A stretch of DNA of 64,000 bases from NCBI GenBank assembly GCA_963750165.1, contig CAVVPN010000004.1, positions 224,001-288,000 on the forward strand, in the 5' to 3' direction. Source of the stretch: an uncultured Gemmataceae bacterium (GTDB lineage: Bacteria > Planctomycetota > Planctomycetia > Gemmatales > Gemmataceae). Made by a program: the position numbers and the translations under genes. Under the pieces are notes generated by a model. The model saw only the letters and a program-made list of their open reading frames with translations. It was not told the origin of the DNA and did no database searches. Positions within the stretch are counted from its first letter, which is position 1, and each line of letters begins with the position of its first letter. This document shows positions 1 through 8,900 of this stretch, one piece after another.

Positions 1-435
1 CAGCAGGCGGTGGAGCGGCGCTGGGGCCTGCACGACCTGCTGTGTACGGCGACGCACTTCGTCGCCCGGGCGATTCAGCGTGCCGTCGGCCGCCTGTTGC
101 CGGTGGCGCCGGGGCGTGTGCTGCTCAGCGGCGGCGGCGTGCGCAACGGGCTGCTGTGGCACCTGCTGGGGCAGCAGTTCGCGGGCGTCCCGCTGGAGCG
201 CATCGACGGCCACGGCGTACCGAGCGGGGCGCGCAAGGCGGTGACCTACGGCGGCCTGGCGGCGCTGACAGTCGATGGCGTGCCGGCCAACTTGATGACC
301 GTGACCGGCGCCGCCGGCGCTCGCCTGCTGGGCAGCCTGACGCCGGGCTCCACCGGCAACTGGGCGCACTGCGCCGCGTGGATGGCGACGCAGACCGCGC
401 CGCTGCGAGCGCTGGCGCTGCGCGAGGTGGATTGA
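1..435 (+). CDS. anmK: Anhydro-N-acetylmuramic acid kinase, C-terminal part (5' truncated by window edge)
   Basis: Motifs VLLSGGGVRNGLL, ARKAVTYGGLAALTVDGVPANL and VTGAAGARLLG match the AnmK C-terminus (GGG.xN, EA..FA.LA, P.N.P.VTGA); stop TGA at 433-435. Confidence 0.8.
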   Translation, partial: QQAVERRWGLHDLLCTATHFVARAIQRAVGRLLPVAPGRVLLSGGGVRNGLLWHLLGQQFAGVPLERIDGHGVPSGARKAVTYGGLAALTVDGVPANLMTVTGAAGARLLGSLTPGSTGNWAHCAAWMATQTAPLRALALREVD

Positions 436-445
436 AGAAACGAAC

Positions 446-472
446 ATTCACCACAGAGAACGCGGAGCGCGC
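446..472. repeat. Half copy of the ttcaccacagag/ttcaccacaaag REP-like family
   Basis: attcaccacagagaacgcggagcgcgc resembles the arm at 55077 (attcaccacagagcacgcagagcgc); no partner arm seen. Confidence 0.55.
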
Positions 473-506
473 ACGGGTGGGGGGGTGGCACGGCGCGACC
501 ACCACC

Positions 507-580
507 GGCGGCGGTTGCCACAGCAAGAACGCCAAGGATGCCAAGAACGCCAACTTTTTCACACGTCGAGAATCGGCACC
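507..580 (+). repeat. Dispersed 74-bp intergenic repeat, copy 1 (9-bp periodic gccaagNNN core)
   Basis: 63/74 identical, ungapped, to 43840-43913 by manual alignment. Confidence 0.85.
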
Positions 581-626
581 TGGCAGCGCCGGCCTGCCGT
601 TCGTGGTCCTTGCGACGGCAAACTGC

Positions 627-1415
627 TTAGCCGAATCGATTGCCGGCGCGGACTCGTTTGCGCCATCGGTAACCCATTAATCCCAAACTCGCCAGCACAA
701 TTAAAGCGAAGCTGGAAGGCTCAGGCGTGGCAGGTGGGCCGCCACCTCCACTGGAGGAGGTGTTCTCAACCACGTCAGAAATGGAAATGGTGCTGTTTTC
801 GCTGGTGCTTCCCTCGATAATCCGAAACAAGATCACGGCGGTTTGGCCGTCAAACGGGGAAAGACCGCTAATGGTCACGGTGTTGGGGAATGGACCACCA
901 GTAAGCGTCACCATCGAACCGAGCTCGGGCGGGTCCGCCGCTGAAGTGATGCCTGGTGTTATGTCGTTCGTATAAAACGAATCGGAGCCGGCCACGGCAG
1001 GCAGCAACGGATTGCCTGTGGTCGCGTAGATGAGGGATGCTCCAAAGGAGTCCGGAATTTCGCCACTCGGAAGCGGATTGGTCGAATCGCTGAAGGCGCC
1101 ATTAATTGTGAACGACAGGCTCTGAACATTGTCGCCAATTGTGAACACCTGAAAAAGGTCGGTTTCGATTGTAAAGGATTGGTTGAAAGGATCCAGCATG
1201 GTTGCCACCCCACCGGACACAATCACCTGGCCAGTAAGTGGATCACCGGGCGAGGAAGAGCTCCACCCGTCCGTGACCTGCCAAGATTGAAGCCCATCGC
1301 CGCCTTGCGAAAAGTTGCCATTTAGCAAGCCAGCTCGCGCATGCCCTGGCTGCAAAAGAAAACCTGCGGCGACAAAAAGGGGCAACAGCAGGGCCTTCAG
1401 GTAGTTGCGCAGCAT
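627..1415 (-). CDS. PEP-CTERM sorting domain-containing secreted protein
   Basis: Signal peptide MLRNYLKALLLPLFVAAGFLLQPGHARA-G; C-terminal TPEPSSFALIVLASLGLMGYRWRKR (PEP motif, TM helix, basic tail). Start placed at ATG 1415 rather than the ORF-track start, which overlaps the kinase. Confidence 0.9.
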   Translation of the reverse strand: MLRNYLKALLLPLFVAAGFLLQPGHARAGLLNGNFSQGGDGLQSWQVTDGWSSSSPGDPLTGQVIVSGGVATMLDPFNQSFTIETDLFQVFTIGDNVQSLSFTINGAFSDSTNPLPSGEIPDSFGASLIYATTGNPLLPAVAGSDSFYTNDITPGITSAADPPELGSMVTLTGGPFPNTVTISGLSPFDGQTAVILFRIIEGSTSENSTISISDVVENTSSSGGGGPPATPEPSSFALIVLASLGLMGYRWRKRVRAGNRFG

Positions 1416-1459
1416 GGTTCGAACCTCTCGATTACCCGGATCTCTTGACTCACCCTCAA

Positions 1460-4400
1460 TTAGGGTTGCCTCGTCTTTGCCTGCAGATCCAGCTCTGCAA
1501 GATCGGCGGCCACCTGTTCTTTCGAAGCTGCCTTCCATAAGCGCAGCACAGGGCTTATACCCCCACTCGCCAGGGTGTTCCCGTCGGGGGAGAACGCCAG
1601 GGCATACATCCAATGTTCTTGACGATAAAGCGTCCGCAGCTCGCGGCCCGTGCCGCTATCCCAGAGCTTGATCGAGCCGTCGCAACTCGCGGTTGCCAGG
1701 GTACGCCCGTCCGGAGACAAAACCAGGACGGAAATGAGACCAATGTGGCCGTGCATTTGCCGTACCAGCGCTCCCGTCCGCACATTCCACAGGTCGATCC
1801 TTCCGGACCCGCTACCCGTGGCCAACAGGTTGTCCGCTCGGTCGCCCAGTGGACTGGCCGCGCCGAGCAGGCCGCCCGGAAGGAACAAGATGGCACCATA
1901 GCCCGTACCAGCCGGCCCCTGCCAACGGCTGACCTCGTCCCAGCTGGAGGTGTCCCACAACCAGATGGTGCCGTTGTGCCCCGCCGCTGCCAGGAGCTTG
2001 CCGTCGGCGGAGAAGGCGACGGCGTTCACCTGCGTGGGAGTGGCAAAGCTCCGGTGTTCCTTGCGCTGGGCGACGTCGAACACCATCACTTTTTGGGGCG
2101 CGTCAACGGCGTAATTGTGCGGCCCCCCAACGCCGACGGCGAGCCAACGACTGTCCGGGGAAAACGCCAGCGCGCCGATCTCGGCACCCCTCTCCGAGAT
2201 CAGCGCATGGTAATTCGGGTCCGCCATCCGGTCGGCGAGCTTCGGTTCCGTGAGGGTGCCCAGGTGGGCTCCGGTTTTTGCGTCCCAAAGGCTCAGGCGC
2301 TGGTCCGGCCCACCGGCAATCATGCGACCGTCCGGGGAAAAAACGGCCCGCCTCGACGGCCGGGTGGTGAGCAAGCGCGGCGGGTCCGCGGACATCAAAT
2401 CATGGACGTGAATTCCTGCGCTCATCGAGGCTTCGACCAGGTAGCGGCCGTCCGGCGAATAGCCCAGGGCGTCGATTTGACTTCGGCCTAATGGCAGTAC
2501 CTGGGCTTCCTCCTGATCGGCCACGTCCCAGCAGCGCGCCGTCCTGTCGTGGCCAACCGAGATGAGTTTACGCCCGTCCGCAGTGAACGCCAGCGCTGCG
2601 ATCGCGCCCTGGTGCCCCTTCAACTTGCGTGCGAGTGATTGCCCGGTCGCGATTGGCACGGGCTCTCTCGCGGCGGCTAGCTCTTCCGTCGGCAATACCG
2701 GTCTGGAGAGGCGCCAGAGTATGACCTGGCCGGTGCTTTTGCCGGCGACCGTATGCCAGCGCATGAAGAAGTGCCACAGCGTGACCAGGCCGGTCCTTTC
2801 CCCCACCGCCAGATGATTGCCGGCGGGGGAAAAAGTGACACGAACCGCTGGACTTCGCGAGCGCACGAATCCCAGCCACTTGCCTGTTGTTGTGTCGTAC
2901 AAATCGACGAAGTTGCCGTGATGAGGCACCGCTGCCAGTTTTCCATCCGGAGAGATGGCTCCTTGTAATCTGTCAAAGCCACCCCTGGCCTCTTCATCGC
3001 TAAGCACGATCGGTTTTTCTTTCTCCAGGTGGTAAAGGACCACCAGCGTGCCCTTGTCTCCCATCGACGCCAGGAGCTGCTTGCCGTCCAGGGACAGATC
3101 GATTTGCCGCGCCGTCGGGTCGAGCATGCGCTGGTCGTAAAGTCGCTTGCCAGTCGCCACCTCCCAGACCCGGGCGTGCCTGTCGCGGCCCACGCCGGCC
3201 AGAAAGCGTCCGTCAGCGGACAGCTTCAGGTTAACCAGGGGGGATGGCATGCGCAACTGCACTTTCTGCGCACCGGTCTGGACATCAAAAACTTTCGGCG
3301 CACCGTCCCGATCGATGATCGCCGCCACTTCACCGTTGCGCGCGAGCGTTACGCTGAGCCCACCTCCCACGGCGAGGGTCAATGCTTCACGCGCCGTGCG
3401 GTCGCCGATCCGCCACACACGCACCTTGCCGCTCGCGTCGAGGGTAACCACTCGGCCGTCGGCGGCAACACCGGCCACGCGGGGGACGACGGGCAAGCGC
3501 ACGACCGAATCCAGGTGCAACAGCCGCCACTGGTAACGCCAACAGAACTCGCGCAGGTCCGGCTGCCCAGGCCCAGGGACATGCGCGAGCAGCAACTCCT
3601 GGCACTGCGAAGCGGTTCCCTCTCCGGACTGCCACACCTGGGACGCCAGGTGGAGGTGCTCGGAATAAAGCAGCCTGCGATTGCGGTCGGCTTCGTTGAG
3701 AGCATCCAGTTCGGCCTGGGTTGCCCGACGTGCTTGCCAGGTGGCCACGATGCCGCCCACCAGAGCCAGGAGGACGGTGGCGGCCAGGACGAGCTGGACC
3801 CGGCGGCGCTTCCGCTGTTCGACAGCGCGTGCTTCGGCAGTCGCGCGCGCGAGTTCCGCCTGGCGTGCGCGTTCCTCGACATCGGCCAGGAAGCCGGCGA
3901 CCGTGGCCGCCACCGCGCCCGCATCCCGCGGCCGCGTTTCGCGCTGGGCCGTCAAGCACCGCCGGCACAATTCCACCAGCCTGGGGTCCGCGCCACACTG
4001 CTCGAGCCGGGCCCAGGCACCCGCGAGTGTTCCGCGAATCGCCATCAACCGCACCTCCTCGGCCGAGTTCCCGATATATGGAGGCTCTCCGGTCAGAATG
4101 ACACAGAGGATGGCGCCAAGCCCGAACACATCCGTGCGCTCGTCGATGCGTTCGACCTCGCCGCCCGCCTGCTCGGGGGCCAGGAACGCCGGTGTGCCGA
4201 GCATGCTGCCGGCGAGCGTATCGCAATCGTGTTCGCGCGCGGTGTGGATGACGGTCCCGTCGCCTGGTTCCGTGTCCAGCGCGGGCTGGCGCACGGCCGG
4301 GCCGTCGGCCGGCAAGAGCTTGGCCAGGCCCCAGTCCATCACCTGCACCTCGCCGAACGCCCCCACCATGATGTTGGCCGGCTTCAGGTCGCGGTGCAGG

Positions 4401-4976
4401 ACGTACTTGCTGTGGGCATAACCGACTGCCTGGCAAAGCTGCTCAAACACCGCCAGGAATCGGCCGCGGTCGCTGGCCAGGTCCGAGCGTTCCGCGAGCA
4501 ACTCTTCCAGGGTTCTGCCCTTGATTAGCTTCATCGCCAGGTAAGGGCGCCCATCAGCCAACCGGCCGACTTCGAACACTGGCGGAATGCCGGGGTGCTG
4601 GAGCTGGGCCGTGATGCGCGCCTCGTCCAGGAAGCGCTGGGCCACGAGGGCATCCGCCAGGTAACGCTCGTGAAGAACCTTGACGGCGACATCCCGGCCA
4701 AGCGACTCATCGCGCGCCGAGTAGACGATGCCCATACCGCCGCGCGCCAGCTCCCGGTCCAGCTGAAAGCGGCCGGCGCCGCGGCGGGCTGGACGCGCCC
4801 GTCACATCGACCGCGGGGGCTTCGAGAAACGTTCCCAGTTCCGGAAACACCTGCAGCATGCTTTCCACATGCCGCTTCAGGGAGGCGTTGCCGGCGCAAA
4901 CCTTCTCGAGGTAGGCTGAACGCTCGGCGGCATTGGTGAGTTCGATGGCTCCATGCAAGATGTCGCGCTCGGTCAC
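1460..4976 (-). CDS. Ser/Thr protein kinase with TM helix and C-terminal WD40 propellers (frameshift near 4775-4800)
   Basis: ELARGGMGIVY, VAVK, HRDLKPAN, DWGLAK, GTPAFLAPEQ; TM VQLVLAATVLLALVGGIVA; many WD repeats. The typical N-terminal helical segment (MTERDILHGAIEL...ERSAYLEKVCAGNASLKRHVESML) is in another frame (4707-4976). Confidence 0.9.
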
Positions 4977-5007
4977 GGATCTTCTCCTCCACCTTCTACC
5001 CGACGCT

Positions 5008-5047
5008 TATAGTGGCGAATTCCGCGGCGGCTTTTCGCCAAAAAACT
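5008..5047 (-). promoter_or_regulatory. 40-bp element copy A, pointing into the kinase gene (putative ECF promoter / left inverted repeat)
   Basis: Minus strand reads agttttttggcgaaaagccgccgcggaattcgccactata, 38/40 identical to 5752-5791; ends 31 nt before the kinase GTG, with ggaggag RBS in between. Confidence 0.7.
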
Positions 5048-5069
5048 GCTTTCCCTTCCTTGAGTTTCC

Positions 5070-5629
5070 TCAATCCTGCCACTTTTTCAGCTCGGCAAGC
5101 AGGAACACGCGTGCATAGGTCCAGACGCGGTCGGCGGTGCGGGGCGAGATGTCCAGGGCGGCCGCGGCCTGTGCCGAGGTGAGTCCGGCAAAAAAACGCA
5201 GTTTGACCAGTTGCGCCGCTTCCGCGTCATGAGCCGCGAGATGCTCCAGGGCCTCGTCCAGGGCGACCAGGTCTTCGCCCACTTTGGGGGCCATGACACT
5301 GGCTTCGTCGAGCGGTTCACGAACGCGGTCGCCGCCGTGCTTCAGGCTCTGTTTTTTCCGTGCGCGGTCCACCAGAATGCGGCGCATCGCCTCGGCGGCC
5401 GCGGCAAAGAAATGACCGCAGCTGTTCCAGTGCTGCGCTTTGGTTTCCACCAGCCGCAAGTAGGCTTCATGGACCAGAGCGGTAGCTTGCAAGGTCTGCC
5501 CGGGCGCTCCTGCGCCAGCTTCGCGGCGGCCAGCTCGCGCAGCGCCTCGTACACCAGCGGAAACAGCTGGTCGGCAGCGCGCGTGTCGCCCTGCTCAATG
5601 GCCGACAGGATTTCCGTGACACTATCCAT
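5070..5629 (-). CDS. ECF-type RNA polymerase sigma factor, planctomycete kinase-associated type (TIGR02999-like), 1-nt frameshift near 5500
   Basis: [44 protein letters not shown] joins [17 protein letters not shown]...[18 protein letters not shown]...[10 protein letters not shown]...[10 protein letters not shown] if one base is restored in ccgggcag. Confidence 0.9.
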
Positions 5630-5691
5630 GGATGCCTTGTCTTGGACACGTCCCCACATCCTTCATGAATGCCTTGTATTAGACACGTCCC
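5627..5691. repeat. 28-bp direct repeat (37-bp period) over the ECF start codon
   Basis: catggatgccttgtcttggacacgtccc (5627-5654) vs catgaatgccttgtattagacacgtccc (5664-5691), 25/28 identical. Confidence 0.8.
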
Positions 5692-5751
5692 GGCGCTGCT
5701 TCGCAAGAGTTTGCCGCAAGCCGCCGACAAAGTCGGTGAGTTCCATGAAAA

Positions 5752-5791
5752 AGTTTTTTGGCGAAAAGCCGCCGCGGAATCCGCCATTATA
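5752..5791 (+). promoter_or_regulatory. 40-bp element copy B, pointing into the giant gene (putative ECF promoter / right inverted repeat)
   Basis: agttttttggcgaaaagccgccgcggaatccgccattata; inverted partner of 5008-5047; 188 nt upstream of ATG 5980. Confidence 0.7.
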
Positions 5792-5979
5792 CGTGCAAGC
5801 TGTCCGCGTTCATGACCTGACAAGACTGGCCGACACGTAGCGTCTCGCCGGCCCCGCTTCGCCCAGGCGCTGACGGTACGCGCCGGCCCTGGCACGCAAC
5901 ACAGACACTGGGTCGGATTTGTCGCAGAGGTGTAACGACGAACGGCTTTCGGCTCACATCAAGCCGCGGAGGACCCCAA

Positions 5980-8900
5980 ATGTCACTGAACATCCGCTTG
6001 CGCCGGAAACCATCTCGGGAGCAAAAGAAGGCCGCGCCGGCGTACCGGCCCCTCCTCGAACGGCTGGAACCCCGCGTGAATCCGTCCCTCTACAACTGGG
6101 TCGGCACGTCCGGTGGCAGTTGGGACACGCTTGCCAACTGGCAAGTCGGCGGAGTTACCCCCGCCGCGCTACCCGGCATCAGCGACGACGTGAACTTTGG
6201 CACGTTCAACGGCACCGTCACGCATGCCACTTCGGCTTCGGACACGGTCAATAGCCTGACCGGCACCCAGGCAACACTCAACCTGTCCGGCGGTTCCCTC
6301 TCCATTGAAAGTACCGCCACCGGATCGACCATCGCTAACTTCATTGAATCGGCCGGCACCCTGGGCGGGACAGGCAGCCTGACCGTCAGCGGGCTGACCA
6401 CCTGGACGGGCGGCACCATGAGCGGCGCCGGGCTGACCAACGCCGACGGCGGCATCACCCTGAGCGGCGGCGGCACCGAGGTGCTCAGCGGCCGCACCCT
6501 GAACAACAACGCCACCGCCAACTGGACCGGCACGAACAACGCCATTTTCATGGCCAGCGGCGCCGTCTGGAACAACAACGCCGGCAGCGCGCTCAACTCC
6601 CAGGCGTCCGGCCAGGCCGTGGAAAACGGCAGCGGCGGCGGCGTCTTCAACAATGCCGGCCTGTTCCAGGTCACGACCGGCAACACCGCCGTCCAGGTCC
6701 CCTTCAACAGCACCGGCGCGGTCAGCCTACTGGCGGGCAGACTCAGCCTGAGCAACGGCGGCACTGATACGGGCAGCTTCAGCGTGGCCAGCGGCAGCAC
6801 CCTCGGCTTCGACGGCGGCACCACCAACCTCAACGCCGGCGCCTCCGTCAGCGGCGCCGGCAGCGGCGAGTTCGGCAGCGGCACCACCACCTTCGCCGCC
6901 GGCAGCACCTACAACATCAGCACCGGCACCACCGTCGATGGCGGCCCCACCGTCAACTTCAACAGCCCGGTCACGAGCGCCGGCAGCGCCCTGGTCATCT
7001 CCGGCGGCACCCTCAACTTCAGCGGCGGCGCCCCCATCACCGTCAGCACCCTGAACCAGTCGGGGGGCACGCTGAGCGGCAGCGACAACGTGACCGTGAC
7101 GGGCTTGCTGACCTGGAGCGGCGGCACCATGAGCGGCACGGGCCTGACCAACGCCAACGGCGGCATCACGCTGAGCGGCGGCGGCACCGAGGTGCTCAGC
7201 GGCCGCACCCTGAACAACAACGCCACGGCCAACTGGACCGGCACGAACAACGCCATTTTCATGGCCAGCGGCGCCGTCTGGAACAACAACGCCGGCAGCG
7301 CGCTCAACTCCCAGGCGTCCGGCCAGGCCGTGGAAAACGGCAGCGGCGGCGGCGTCTTCAACAATGCCGGCCTGTTCCAGGTCACGACCGGCAACACCGC
7401 CGTCCAGGTCCCCTTCAACAGCACCGGCGCGGTCAGCCTACTGGCGGGCAGACTCAGCCTGAGCAACGGCGGCACTGATACGGGCAGCTTCAGCGTGGCC
7501 AGCGGCAGCACCCTCGGCTTCGACGGCGGCACCACCAACCTCAACGCCGGCGCCGCCGTCAGCGGCGCCGGCAGCGGCGAGTTCGGCAGCGGCACCACCA
7601 CCTTCGCCGCCGGCAGCACCTACAACGTCAGCACCAGCACCACCGTCGATGGCGGCCCCACCGTCAACTTCAACAGCCCGGTCACGAGCGCCGGCGGCGC
7701 CCTGGTCATCTCCGGCGGCACCCTCAACTTCAGCGGCGGCGCCCCCATCACGGTCAGCACCCTGAACCAGTCGGGCGGCACCCTGAGCGGCAGCGACAAC
7801 GTGACCGTGACGGGCTTGCTGACCTGGAGCGGCGGCACCATGAGCGGCGCGGGCCTGACCAACGCCGCCGGCGGCATCACCCTGAGCGGCGGCGGCACCG
7901 AGGTGCTCAGCGGCCGCACCCTGAACAACAACGCCACCGCCAACTGGACCGGCACGAACAACGCCATTTTCATGACCAGCGGCGCCGTCTGGAACAACAA
8001 CGCCGGCAGCGCGCTCAACTCCCAGGCGTCCGGCCAGGCCGTGGAAAACGGCAGCGGCGGCGGCGTCTTCAACAATGCCGGCCTGTTCCAGGTCACGACC
8101 GGCAACACCGCCGTCCAGGTCCCCTTCAACAGCACCGGCGCGGTCAGCCTACTGGCGGGCAGACTCAGCCTGAGCAACGGCGGCACTGATACGGGCAGCT
8201 TCAGCGTGGCCAGCGGCAGCACCCTCGGCTTCGACGGCGGCACCACCAACCTCAACGCCGGCGCCTCCGTCAGCGGCGCCGGCAGCGGCGAGTTCGGCAG
8301 CGGCACCACCACCTTCGCCGCCGGCAGCACCTACAACGTCAGCACCAGCACCACCGTCGATGGCGGCCCCACCGTCAACTTCAACAGCCCGGTCACGAGC
8401 GCCGGCAGCGCCCTGGTCATCTCCGGCGGCACCCTCAACTTCAGCGGCGGCGCCCCCATCACGGTCAGCACCCTGAACCAGTCGGGCGGCACCCTGAGCG
8501 GCAGCGACAACGTGACCGTGACGGGCTTGCTGACCTGGAGCGGCGGCACCATGAGCGGCGCGGGCCTGACCAACGCCGACGGCGGCATCACCCTGAGCGG
8601 CGGCGGCACCGAGGTGCTCAGCGGCCGCACCCTGAACAACAACGCCACCGCCAACTGGACCGGCACGAACAACGCCATTTTCATGGCCAGCGGCGCCGTC
8701 TGGAACAACAACGCCGGCAGCGCGCTCAACTCCCAGGCGTCCGGCCAGGCCGTGGAAAACGGCAGCGGCGGCGGCGTCTTCAACAATGCCGGCCTGTTCC
8801 AGGTCACGACCGGCAACACCGCCGTCCAGGTCCCCTTCAACAGCACCGGCGCGGTCAGCCTACTGGCGGGCAGACTCAGCCTGAGCAACGGCGGCACTGA

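Noticed and set aside
1416..1613. N-terminal extensions given by the ORF track (also 39596, 48519, 50966, 56811, 57510, 58397)
   Set aside because: They overlap neighbouring genes or repeats; downstream starts give signal peptides, RBSs or family-typical N-termini.
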